Made by a program: the position numbers and the translations under genes | Notes under the pieces: generated by a model | Seen by the model: only the letters and a program-made list of their open reading frames with translations | The model's database searches: none | What the model was told of the DNA's origin: nothing | Assembly (NCBI GenBank): GCA_964016885.1 | Contig: OZ024763.1 | Location: 26,040,001-26,104,000 of the forward strand | DNA: 64,000 nt | Reading direction: 5' to 3' | Origin: Eledone cirrhosa | Lineage: Eukaryota | Shown here: positions 1 to 11,689 of the stretch, piece after piece | How the letters are laid out: each line of letters begins with the position of its first letter | Numbering within the stretch: the stretch's first letter is position 1

Positions 1-689
1 AAAGAATCTCAGCCGCAATTTAATGTCTGAAGTTAGACATTTTTCACGACATAAATATAGTTTAATGCCCCTCCTCTCACATCTGACTCGTTTTCTTAAA
101 ACTTACTTCGAATAATACATATTTTATAGACATATACTTTCGAAGGTAAACATTATGTTTTTGTGTTGTTTTGTAATTTTTCAAGTAATTCGTAGTTTTA
201 GAAATGACATTATTCTGATTGATATACTTTATCAACATGAGATTGGAAGACAGGCATAATTAACGAATTTTCAAGTTTATATTTTGCCGACTACAAACAC
301 AGGACGAAAGTTTTTAGTACACGAAATCTTTAACGAACTTAACTACATACAATAATGAAAGTATCACCGACATTATCGTAATCTACATCATGGAAGACGG
401 ATCTCTGTATATTTTCATGTAAAATATATTCACCGTTAACAAATTCATGGAGTGACGACTAAACTGTAGTTATGTCCAAGCCAGTTGATACCATTCTAAG
501 TTAGTTGATATATTTTGAAGCGTTGCGAGATTTACTGAGTTCTTTTCTTATTGCCATAGCAAGATCAAATTCACTACAATGCTTTCTGCTCACTTTTACT
601 CAGCATCACAAATATTTCAATCTATTCATTCGTTCTTCATCTGTCATATCTTTTTATAATCATTTACTCCATCATTTAAACTATTCCAT

Positions 690-1000
690 TCACTAATATC
701 TCTTCTGATGTCTTTAGAGCATGGTATCCTCTTCTTAGATTTACATTTTCTTCCGTAATTTCAAGTCCTTCCATCATCTTAAATATTTCTATCATGTCTC
801 CCCTTTGTTTTATCCCCTCCCAAGTTGTAATTCCTAAGTTTTTACATATTTATTCTCAAGACAGATTTCTTAATTCTTTTGTTTTATTTTTTGTTCTTCT
901 CTGGATTCTTTCAATATTTTCTGTCGTGCGTCCATGTCCCTACGGAATACTCTACGTGGTGTCGCTCATATCATTCATCGATAATTTAAAATTTGTTTGC
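690..1000 (-). mobile_element. Degenerate CR1/L2-type LINE ORF2 3' remnant
   Basis: Minus strand reads ENIERIQRRTKNKTKELRNLS*E*ICKNLGITTWEGIKQRGDMIEIFKMMEGLE, matching the CR1/L2 post-RT motif (LERVQRRATK..L..LSYEERL..L.L.TLE.RR.RGDMIE.FKI). It contains in-frame stops. Confidence 0.75.
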
Positions 1001-1577
1001 ATTTAGCTAGGTAAATTATTATTCCTATCGTCTCACTTGCTACTTTTTGCCTTTAACATGGTTAGCCACATTTCAATTAAAACATACATATTCGAAATAT
1101 ATTTTTTGTGGGGTGGGGAATAAGAGGTACTTTTCTACCCGAAAAAAAAAAATAAAAATAAAAAACGGTGTACCCCCCCCCGAAAAAAAAACAAAAAACA
1201 ACCGTCTGCCCTTTGCCTTAAAGGTACGAATATAATAAACACTATACATAGATACACACACTCCATGAACAAGGATAGCTGCATATTTACACTTCCCCCA
1301 ATCATTTTGTCTTGAAAATAAACATGTCTTAAAATCTATGTGTGTTCCATTTCAATTAATTTCTTATTTCGTGTTTCTGTACATTTGTTCTTAAAACTAA
1401 GGGGGTCTTACATCCCCCAAAATATTGTAAGATGTCTCCTTTCAGTACAATGTATTGCCGTTGAATTTGTTAATGAAATAAAATTTCCTTTTCAAAGATT
1501 GACATTCTCAATTTAATTCTTTCTCTTGGGTATTGTTCTCTAATGGATAACATATGTATGTTGTTCATTAGAGGTAG

Positions 1578-1685
1578 AAATAACACGACCTTCCTTCATC
1601 GCTGCACAGATCTAACTGGCAGTGTGTTTAGCATGAGTGGTGGTGAACATCAGGTGTGAAGTCAGAACAAACTGCCTTTTATATA
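1578..1685 (-). ncRNA. Candidate small-RNA gene, class II, copy 1 (TATA + ~75 nt unit)
   Basis: TATATAAAAG starts at 1685(-). About 28 nt later: ACACCTGATGTTCACC...GCCAGTTAGATCTGTGCAGCGATGAAGGAAGGTCGTG, then only a weak T tract. Homologous to four other copies. Confidence 0.3.
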
Positions 1686-1947
1686 GGGTGTTAATTGGAA
1701 AGACTAAACAGTGAGATAAAGTGACGAGGTTCAATCTCGACCAAGAATTACACAAGGTTATTTTAAACCAGAAATTATTATGTCGTTGTTGTTGCTGTAA
1801 ATGTGTAGTCAGGGTTTCAATCCTTAGCAGGGTTTGTAGAGTTACATTTATGTAATTATTAACAAATAAAAACAGATTTATATAGCGATGTTGTACGTTC
1901 AAATAAAACACACACACACATATATATATAAATATTTATATATTATA

Positions 1948-2137
1948 TCGTTTCTAATTTTGGCACAAGGCCAACAATTATCCCAGTGTATTACTGGTAC
2001 TTTATTTTATCGACCCTGTAAAGATGAAAGGCAAAGTTAACCTCGGCGGGATTTGAACTCAGAATGGCAAGGGCCGTAACTCTATGCTGGAAAGCATAGC
2101 GTCCGAACCTCTACCGATTCTGCTAATACACCGCCTC
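1948..2137 (-). mobile_element. tRNA-derived SINE, family 1
   Basis: Reverse complement of the family at 4325/18557/20346: B box GAGTTCAAATCCCGCCGAGG, body TTAACTTTGCCTTTCATC..GTCGATAAAATAAAGTACCAGT. Confidence 0.85.
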
Positions 2138-2257
2138 TGCCAAGACACCGCTCTATGTAGTGTTAATAAGACGGAACCAGCATGAATGTAACCACATCTA
2201 TTTAGCTTGCTAATAGAAAGTAGTTTCATATATATTAAATTTCAATTAGTTCTGGAG

Positions 2258-2325
2258 CTGTTATTGTTACGGTGGCCTACTGGGGGTTATTAGAGACGGT
2301 GGAGGACCTGGTTTGGTTTTCAATG
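2258..2325 (+). ncRNA. Candidate Pol III small RNA, class I, copy a (degenerate)
   Basis: GTTACGGTGGCCTACTGGGGGTTATTAGAGACGGTGGAGGACCTGGTTTGGTTTTCAAT. Upstream is ATAGAAAGTAGTTTCATATATATTAAATTTCA, like the other copies. The B box is damaged. Confidence 0.4.
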
Positions 2326-2394
2326 AAGACATACGTTAAGGGGTCTTACTTTTCCCTTTTATAAGAGAAAAAAATGTAAGATTTAGTGAGATTA

Positions 2395-2470
2395 TATCCT
2401 GATTCAGATCGAACTCACGACCAGGAACGGATTCACCTCTAATACATACCACTGGGTCACCAAAACGGAT
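2395..2470 (-). ncRNA. Candidate Pol III small RNA, class I, copy b
   Basis: Minus: ATCCGTTTTGGTGACCCAGTGGTATGTATTAGAGGTGAATCCGTTCCTGGTCGTGAGTTCGATCTGAATCAGGATA, with T7 at 2374-2368. Convergent with copy a. Confidence 0.45.
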
Positions 2471-2571
2471 GTATATATATATATACACACACACACACAA
2501 ACATATATATTTATATGTATATATACACACACACATTTATTTATATATCTATACACATATATATAAATAAA

Positions 2572-2607
<36 letters not shown>

Positions 2608-3204
2608 AAGAAATAAGTCACCAAGTTTAACAGCTTATAAATTATTTATTTGATCAACACTTGTTTCATTGCTATTACATGTTACACATCTTTAGAAAGA
2701 CATCGTCAGGAACAATTCTAAACATAACATTGGAAGTCTGCAATAGAAAATAAATCAATTTTGAGGTTGAATATATATTTCAATGCTATATTGTTGTTTT
2801 ATCAACTGATAGAATTTTCAACACGTAATATATATATATATATATACGTAAGCATGTATGTTTCTATATATATATACATGTATATGGCAATAGGGAGCAA
2901 GAGTAAGACACTATTGAACTCCCGAACTAGAGTGCCACAGTATGGCACTTTAGAGCTTCAGTGCTGCACTATGGTATTTAGTAGATTTAACTAAACTTAG
3001 TACTGACTTAGTACTGAGTTAGTAGAGTTAAAAGCGAATACAAGCAGCCAAAATGGGGTACCTCGAAAGGGTCTTTGGAGTAACGTTACTTGATAAAGTG
3101 TGTAGCTCAGAGATCAGAGAGTCACTCCAGGTAGAGCTGCTACTTCTCCCAACTGAGAGATCACAGCTCTGATACTATGGACATGCGGTTAGAATGTCTC
3201 AGGA

Positions 3205-3223
3205 AAGAATATGTATATATATG

Positions 3224-3268
<45 letters not shown>

Positions 3269-3397
3269 CTATGTATATATGTCTACATATATATGTATAT
3301 ATATCTATGTATATATGTCTACATATGTATATATATCTATATATATCTCTCTATATATATATTTATATGTATGTATGTATATATATATATATATATA
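3205..3397. repeat. Compound (TA)n microsatellite
   Basis: TA/TATG/TATC repeats. Confidence 0.9.
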
Positions 3398-4324
3398 GAC
3401 ATGTGTGAGGTAAAGTAAATCTAGACTTTATTTCTCATTGCTCTAGGCTTGATTTGAACCTACAACAACTCCGTCTGCAATAATGTCATACCTCATTCCA
3501 GCTTAGTCGTACCCGTAAATTGTTAAACGTGGTTCCTATATATATATACATGCAAGTAAGATTTGAACCTACATTGCTGTGCTTAATTTATATTAATAAA
3601 TGTGTTTTATAAAAGAAAGTAAAGAAACAATTTAATGAAAGTAAAATATTTATTTTATTCAGGAATGTTTTTTTTTAATTTTATGTATTCACTTCATTAA
3701 CTGCTGAATAGTTCTCTTGTTTTTGGTTTTGTTTGTTCTTACCATTGTTTACTGTGACTGTGACGAGACTGGATTATTACCAAGTTTTACTGGAAGATGG
3801 CATTTCCTTATTGTATTATTTTGTTGTCAGTGGACATCTCTCTAAATACCTGGAATAAACATATGGTGTGTCTTTTACGTAACATTTCATTTAATATCTG
3901 ATGTTCCAATGGATTACTTTTAAAATAAAACCAATAAACAGGACAGGTAGACTCCATCAAAAGAGACCAGAGATGAGATACGAATAATCTAAAATTAATT
4001 TTAAAAAGAAGACTGTGTTTAAAGAAAGACAAACAATCACATCCATAATTTAATATCTGAAGATCAACATTTTTCACGATATAAATATGTAAAGTTAAGT
4101 GACCTCTCATTTAGTTGCTCCAACTTTATTTTACTAATCTATTCTGTAGACTTATATTTTCGTTGGTGTACATTACGATTTCGTTGATGAAATTTTCTTT
4201 CGTCTTTAGATCTATATTTTACTTCTGGAATACTGTATTAACAATTATATCACTCGTCTTTAGATCTTTATTTCTTATAAAAGTTATAATACTCACCTCT
4301 TCCCATTATATTTTCATATATAAT

Positions 4325-4512
4325 GGCAGGTGGATTGGCAGTATCGGTAGAGGGTCGGACGTCATGCTTTCCAGCATAGTTACGTCCCTTTACGATCTGA
4401 GTTCAAATCCAGCCGAGGTTAACTTTGCCTTTCATCCTTACGGGGGTCGATAAAATAAAGTACCAGTAATGCACTGGGTAATTTCTGGCCTTGTGCTAAT
4501 AGTAGAAACAAT
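4325..4512 (+). mobile_element. tRNA-derived SINE, family 1
   Basis: GGCAGGTGGATTGGCAGTATCGGTAGAG (A box) ... GAGTTCAAATCC (B box) ... GTCGATAAAATAAAGTACCAGT. Absent from the paralogous block near 24250. Confidence 0.9.
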
Positions 4513-4517
4513 TATAT

Positions 4518-4558
<41 letters not shown>

Positions 4559-5451
4559 AAAAAAGGAAAAGAATGACTTGACTTGTAGTTCTAAACAATT
4601 AGATTTAGAACTACAAATGAAGTCATTCTTTTCCTTTTTTTTAAATATACCTGACTGTACCAAGGATTTCATACACACACACATATAGTATTAGCAATTA
4701 GAAAGACCATTTTCATTTATATATACCCATGCATTCATATTTACTCACTTCTATGTAAATATACATACATATATATTAAAAGCACATACCATATACCATC
4801 ATAATAACGATTGACTAATCATCAGGACACATGCTTGCTCATGTAAAAATTCTCAGAGACACTTACGAAAACCGAACTTGCAACGCCAGGTACACTTACA
4901 TATATGTACGTACATCACATATAGAACAGGTATGAGTTATATAGGTACATCAAAGTTTAGGTTTCGCTATTGTACCATTCGAGGTAGTTAGAAACAAGTA
5001 CCAGTGTAGTACTAGGGTCGATTCTTCTATATCTTTTTCTCAATTCCTTTCTCTCACTCTCTGTAAGAGATCTGGGGGGTGGAGATGGGATCTGTCAACT
5101 TTTACAAAGTACCCTAGACACCCTGAATGTCAATGTGGGGCCTCTAGGACTCCCTCACAAGTTATAGGTCGCTACATACATATATAGCAACATCAGACAG
5201 ATTCTTTAGATCTCTTTTACTCGATGATGCAAGACAAGTTTTCAGTGAGTCAGAAAGGAATATTTGTGATATGAAGGGAGAACCTCTCTGAATAAATATT
5301 AGATAGTTAAGATGCTACGTAAAGCAGGCGGTGACAACATCGAGGACCAGATGTGACATGTGGAAATAGACATCGACATATAAATATACAAAGATGGGGG
5401 ACCTTATCATCATAGACAATTGGTCTTATGAACACACACATATATGTGTGT

Positions 5452-5555
5452 GGCTTCTACAGGACTAGAACGGTTTCATTCGAAAGAAATCAAGGGCTTT
5501 CCTGATGATTTTTTTCCGAATGAAACAGTTCTTGTCCCGTAGAAGACATTTCTAT
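5452..5555 (+). mobile_element. Palindromic non-autonomous element with CTGATGA..GAAAC (Penelope-like remnant); other copies at 14560-14660 (-) and 25553-25655 (+)
   Basis: CTTCTACAGGACTAGAAC..TTTCATTCG / CGAATGAAACAGTTCTTGTCCCGTAGAAG hairpin, seen three times in the window. Confidence 0.55.
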
Positions 5556-6844
5556 ATGAAATATTTATACTCTGATATATATTGAGTACCTTTCTTAGTG
5601 TTGCTGTTATTAGAAAGGGTCGACTGTCTTTCATAATTCAGGCTCTTTCATGAAGTAAATATTCATTTTATTTCTTAACGCCCTAGTGTTGATTTGAACC
5701 TACAATGACTTCGTCTGCAATGTTCACTAATTTCAAATCTGCCATACCTAAATCCTGTGTGCGACTTACAAATAAATTGCTAAACGTCACTTTTATCAAT
5801 GTAAGATTGGAACCTACAGTGATGTGCTTTGCAGTAATGTCCCGTAACTCCAACTAGATTGAGCTAAGCTTGTATATTTCTTTCGTCCGAATAACATAAT
5901 GGTTTCGATCCCAGTTCGCTACTGGTACAAGAAATAATTTAAAGAAATTCTATATCCCCAGCTAAATATTGAACTCCTAACGACATTTTATGTTACTTAA
6001 TACCAATAACCCTGTTACACACTGAACATCTAAGCCCTGAACACACATTTATATTTATAACTCAATTTCTAATTTTTAAATGATATTACACCACCTTTGT
6101 GTTCTCGGTGGATATTAATTTACAATTTTATAGCAGAAAAATAGAGTACCAGTCATTTCTATAGGTTCAATTTAATCGATCGGCTTCTCCCCGTCAATCA
6201 CTTGACAAACAAAGACACACAAACAGTATATATATGATACGACAAATTTGAAATAAATTACGTGTTTAAGAAAAAGAATTATTGAATGTAAGAAATTATA
6301 ATTATTTAGTAATAATATTGTTATTGTTTGTTTTCACTGCATTAACTGCTGAGTGTGACTTATTTTTCTTACTATTTTCTACCGTAAATTGCGGCTGAGA
6401 CGTTATTGGAGTATTACTAAAGTTTACTGGATGATGGCGTTTCCTTATTGCATTATTTTACAAACAGTGGACATCGGAATATCCCTCTATATACCTGGAA
6501 TAAATGTAAAGAGCATTGTTATGTTATACATAGAAATATAAGAGATGACCATTGTACTATCATGTCACTCGTTAGAATTACAACTTTGGAGGAGATTAAT
6601 CAAAGTGTTTATCTTTGGTATAGTGAACTAATGTTGATATTTTCAAGTCTTGACATTTATATGGAATAGTGTACTAATATTTAAATAGTCTTTATATTTT
6701 TATCCTGTCTCACCTAAGATTTTAGATTTTTCAGCATTTAGTTAAGAAAAAGAACGTTTTATTATTTCCATTATCCGTCTCGCTGTTTTGCTTCATGGTT
6801 AGCCATCTTCCAATTCTTACATATTCACAATTCTTCTGAGAGAA

Positions 6845-9800
6845 ACACGAGAGGGAGAGAGGAGAGAAACAAGAGAAGAGAGAAACTAGAGAGAGAGAGA
6901 GGTAGGCGAGGGAGAGAGGAGGGAGAGAGAGAGAAGGGAGAGCGGAGTGAAACAAGAGAGCGAGAGGAAGGAGAGAGGAGTGAAACGAGGGAGAGGAGGG
7001 AGAGGGGAGTGAAACGAGGGAGAGAGGAGGGAGAGGGGAGTGAAACGAGGGAGAGAGGAGGGAGAGGGGAGAGAGAGAGGAGTGAAACAAGAGTGAAAGA
7101 AGGGAGAGAGGAGTGAAACGAGGGACAGGAGTGAGAGAGGAGTGAAACAAGAGAGAGAGAGGAAGGAGAGAGGAGTGAAACAAGAGAGAGAGAGGAAAGA
7201 GAGAGGAGTGAAACAAGAGAGAGAGAGGAAAGAGAGAGGAGTGAAACAAGAGAGAGAGAGGAAAGAGAGAGAGAGGAAAGAGAGAGGAGTGAAACAAGAG
7301 AGAGAGAGGAAAGAGAGAGGAGTGAAACAAGAGAGAGAGAGGAAGGAGAGAGGAGTGAAACAAGAGAGAGAGAGGAAGGAGAGAGGAGTGAAACAAGAGA
7401 GAGAGAGGAGGGACAGAGGAGTGAAACAAGAGAGAGAGGAGGGAGAGAGAGGAGTGAAACAAGAGAGAGAGGAGGGAGAGAGAGGAGTGAAACAGGAGAG
7501 AGAGAGAGGAGTGAAACAAGAGAGAGAGAGGAGGGAGAGAGGAGTGAAACAAGAGAGCGAGAGGAAGGAGAGAGGAGTGAAACGAGGGAGAGAGGAGGGA
7601 GAGGGGAGTGAAACGAGGGAGAGAGGAGGGAGAGGGGAGTGAAACGAGGGAGAGAGGAGGGAGAGGGGAGAGAGAGAGGAGTGAAACAAGAGAGCGAGAG
7701 GAAGGAGAGAGGAGTGAAACGAGGGAGAGGAAGGAGAGGGGAGTGAAACGAGGGAGAGAGGAGGGAGAGGGGAGTGAAACGAGGGAGAGAGGAGGGAGAG
7801 GGGAGTGAAACGAGGGAGAGAGGAGGGAGAGGGGAGTGAAACGAGGGAGAGAGGAGGGAGAGGGGAGAGAGAGAGGAGTGAAACAAGAGTGAAAGAAGGG
7901 AGAGAGGAGTGAAACAAGAGAGAGAGAGGAAGGAGAGAGGAGTGAAACAAGAGAGAGAGGAAAGAGAGAGGAGTGAAACAAGAGAGAGAGAGAGAGGAGG
8001 GACAGAGGAGTGAAACGAGGGAGAGAGGAGTGAAACGAGGGAGAGAGGAGTGAAACGAGAGAGAGAGGAGGGGGAGAGGAGTGAAACAAGAGAGAGAGGA
8101 GGGAGAGAGGAGGGAGAGGGGAGAGAGAGAGGAGTGAAACAAGAGTGAAAGAAGGGAGAGAGGAGTGAAACAAGAGTGAAAGAAGGGAGAGGAGTGAAAC
8201 GAGGGACAGGAGTGAGAGAGGAGTGAAACAAGAGAGAGAGAGGAAGGAGAGAGGAGTGAAACAAGAGAGAGAGAGGAAAGAGAGAGGAGTGAAACAAGAG
8301 AGAGAGAGAGGAGGGACAGAGGAGTGAAACAAGAGAGAGAGAGAGGAGGGACAGAGGAGTGAAACAAGAGAGAGAGAGAGAGGAGGGACAGAGGAGTGAA
8401 ACGAGAGAGAGAGGAGTGAAACAAGAGAGAGAGGAGGGAGAGAGGAGTGAAACGAGAGAGAGAGGAGGGAGAGAGGAGGGAGAGAGGAGTGAAACGAGAG
8501 AGGAGGGAGAGGGGAGTGAAACGAGAGAGAGAGAGGAGTGAAACGAGAGAGAGAGGAGGGAGAGAGGAGTGAAACGAGAGAGAGAGAGGAGGGAGAGAGG
8601 AGGGAGAGTGGAGTGAAACAAGAGAGCGGAGGGAGAGGGGAGGAAGGGAGGAGGGAGAGAGGAGTGAAACGAGAGAGGAGGGAGAGTGGAGTGAAACAAG
8701 AGAGAGTGGAGGGAGAGGGGAGGAAGGGAGGAGGGAGAGAGGAGTGAAACAAGAGAGGAGGGAGAGAGGAGGGAGAGTGGAGGGAAACAAGAGAGAGTGG
8801 AGGGAGAGAGGAGTGAAACAAGAGAGAGAGAGGAGGAAGAGAAGAGAGAGGAGGGAAGGGAGGAGGGAGAGAAGAGGGAGGGAGAGAGGAGAGAGAGAGG
8901 GAGGGAGAGAGGAGAGAGAGAGAGAGGAGTGAAAGAAGAGAGGGAGAGAGGAGGAAAACAAGAGAGAGAGGAGGAAGGGAGGAGTGAAACAAGAGAGAGA
9001 GGAGGGAGAGAGGAGGGAGAGGAGTGAAACGAGAGAGAGAGGAGGGACAGAGGAGTGAAACGAGAGAGAGGAGGGAGAGAGGAGTGAAACAAGAGAGAGA
9101 GGAGGGAGAGAGGAGTGAAACAAGGGAGAGAGGAGTGAAACGAGAGAGAGAGGAGGGAGAGGGGAGTGAAACGAGAGAGAGAGAGGAGTGAAACGAGAGA
9201 GAGGAGGGAGAGAGGAGTGAAACGAGAGAGAGGAGGGAGAGAGGAGTGAAACAAGAGAGAGAGGAGGGAGAGAGGAGTGAAACAAGAGAGAGGGGAGAGA
9301 GAGAGGAGTGAAACAAGAGAGAGGCGAGAGAGAGGAGTGAAACAAGAGAGAGAGGAAGGAGAGAGGAGTGAAACGAGGGAGAGAGGAGGGAGAGGGGAGA
9401 GAGAGAGGAGTGAAACAAGAGTGAGAGGAGGGAGAGAGGAGTGAAACAAGAGAGAGGGGAGAGAGAGAGGAGTGAAACAAGAGAGAGGCGAGAGAGAGGA
9501 GTGAAACAAGAGAGAGGCGAGAGAGAGGAGTGAAACAAGAGAGAGAGGAAGGAGAGAGGAGTGAAACGAGGGAGAGAGGAGGGAGAGGGGAGAGAGAGAG
9601 GAGTGAAACAAGAGAGAGAGAGGAAGGAGAGAGGAGTGAAACAAGAGAGCGAGGAAGGAGAGAGGAGTGAAACAAGAGAGCGAGGAGGGAGAGAGGAGTG
9701 AAACAAGAGAGCGAGGAGGGAGAGAGGAGTGAAACAAGAGAGAGAGAGGAAGGACAGAGGAGTGAAACAAGAGAGAGAGAGGAAGGAGAGAGGAGTGAAA

Positions 9801-10880
9801 CAAGAGAGAGGAGGGAGAGAGGAGTGAAAAAAGAGAGAGAGGAGGGAAACGAGAGAGAGGAGGGAGAGAGGAGTGAAACGAGAGAGAGAGGAGGGAGAGA
9901 GGAGTGAAACGAGAGAGAGAGGAGTGAAACAAGAGAGAGAGAGGAGGGAGAGAAGAGTGAAACAAGAGAGAGAGAGGAGGGAGAGAAGAGTGAAACAAGA
10001 GAGAGAGGAGGGAGAGAAGAGTGAAACAAGAGAGAGAGGAGGGAGAGAAGAGTGAAACAAGAGAGAGAGGAGGGAGAGAAGAGTGAAACAAGAGAGAGAG
10101 GGGGGAGAGAAAGAGAGGAGGAAAGGGAGGAGGGAGAGGGGAGGGAGGGAGGGGGGAGGGAGGGAGGGAGAGAGAGGAGTGAAACAAGAGAGAGAGGAGG
10201 GAGAGAGGAGGGAGGGAAACAAGGGAAAAAGGAGTGAAACAAGAGAGAGGAGGGAGAGAGGAGTAAAACAAGAGGGAGAGGAGAGAGAGAGGAGTGAAAC
10301 AAGAGAGGAGAGAGAGAGGAGTGAAACAAGAGAGAGAGAGGAGGGAGAGAGGAGTGAAACAAGAGAGAGAGAGGAGGGAGAGAGGAGTGAAACAAGAGAG
10401 AGAGAGGAGGGAGAGAGAAGTGAAAGGAGGGAGAGGAGGGAGATAGAAGTGAAACAAGAGAGAGGGAGGGGGGAGAGAGGGAGGGAGGGGAGGGAGAGAG
10501 AGGAGTGAAACAAGAGAGAGGAGGGAGAGAGGAGTGAAACAAGAGAGAGGAGGGAGAGAGGAGTGAAACAAGAGAGAGGGGGGAGAGAGGAGTGAAACAA
10601 GAGAGAGAGGGGGGAGAGAGGAGTGAAACAAGAGAGAGAGAGGAGGAAGAGAGGAGTGAAACAAGAGAGAGAGGAGGAAGAGAGGAGTGAGGGAGAGGGG
10701 AGAGAGAGGAGGAAGAGAGGAGTGAGGGAGAGGGGAGAGAGAGGAGGGAGAGAGGAGGGAGAGAATAGAGAGAGGAGAGAGGAGGGAGAGAATAGAGAGA
10801 GGAGGGAGAGAATAGAGAGAGGAGGGAGAGAATAGAGAGAGGAGAGAGGAGGGAGAGAATAGGGAGAGCAGAGAGGAGGG
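6845..10880. repeat. Polypurine GA-rich minisatellite (~25-45 bp units, core GAGAGGAGTGAAACAAGAGAGAG)
   Basis: Roughly 100+ copies of GGAGTGAAAC separated by variable GA runs. The long ORFs here are low-complexity artefacts. Confidence 0.97.
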
Positions 10881-10996
10881 AGACTTACCTTTTTGTGATG
10901 TCAAATAAAGTTTGACAGTACTTTTAGATTTTACAATTAAAGGAATGGTTCGACATGATAACTACACAAGATAGAAAATATACAGAAACTAATATA

Positions 10997-11147
10997 ATTG
11001 TTTCTACTTTTGGCACAAGTCCAGCAATTACCAACTGGTAATTTATTTTATCGACCCCGTAAGAATGAAAGACAGTTAACCTCGGCCGGACTTGAACTCA
11101 GAATGGAAAGGGGCGTAATTCTATGCGTCAAAGCATGGCGTCCGACG
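10997..11147 (-). mobile_element. tRNA-derived SINE, family 1 (5'-truncated)
   Basis: TTTTATCGACCCCGTAAGAATGAAAGACAGTTAACCTCGGCCGGACTTGAACTCAG. Confidence 0.8.
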
Positions 11148-11689
11148 GTGTAGTGTGGTGATGGTAATGTGCGTTGTGTAGTGTGTAGAGTGTGGTGTGG
11201 TGTGTAGAGTATAATGTGTGGTGAGTGGTGTGTGGTGAGTGATGTGTATGGCGTGGTGTGTGAGTACATGTGTGGAGTATGTGGTGTGTAACGAGGGTGT
11301 GGTGCAATTGTGTGTATGTGTGAGTGTTTAATGTGCTGTGTTAATGAGTGGACTGGAGTAAAAAGGAGTCACACAATCTTTAAAATACCCTAAATTAACT
11401 TGCCCTAATTACTATATATACTCAATTATAAGCCGATCCCTTTTTTATTTGAGAAATAGGACAAAATCCAAACCCCATTTATAAGCCATGGTGGCTAATC
11501 AACAGACGACAGTTTTGAAATTCTCATGAGTGGAGAATATATTTATGAAGTTTTAATATTTTGATATTTAAAATGTTTTAAGTGTCATTGAGAGTATAGT
11601 TTTTATTTCACTTTATGTCATGAGTTACCATTTTCTGATTGATTTCAAGGCCATATTCATTAAAATCATCAAATATAATAGCAAACATA

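Larger units (their letters stand above)
3410..6840 (+). repeat. Segmental duplication, paralogous to ~23368-28195
   Basis: Collinear near-identical blocks: 3410-4310~23368-24260, 4690-5560~24665-25660, 5590-6840~26678-28195. ORF-track peptides at 3808 and 23722 share LWSLLMESTCPVYWFYFKSNPLEHQ. Confidence 0.9.

Noticed and set aside
1047-1075. Conserved ATG context (AACATGGTTAGCCA) in several units as a small-protein start on the minus strand
   Set aside because: Reading frames after it stop at different nearby positions in each copy, and the region adjoins decayed CR1 sequence.
3808-4110. ORF conserved with 23722-23964
   Set aside because: Similarity reflects recent DNA duplication. The ends are frameshifted between copies and no family is recognisable.
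6731-10904. Three >1200-aa ORFs on the minus strand
   Set aside because: Open in all three frames only because the CT-rich minisatellite lacks stop codons. Low-complexity L/S/P/F content with no domain.
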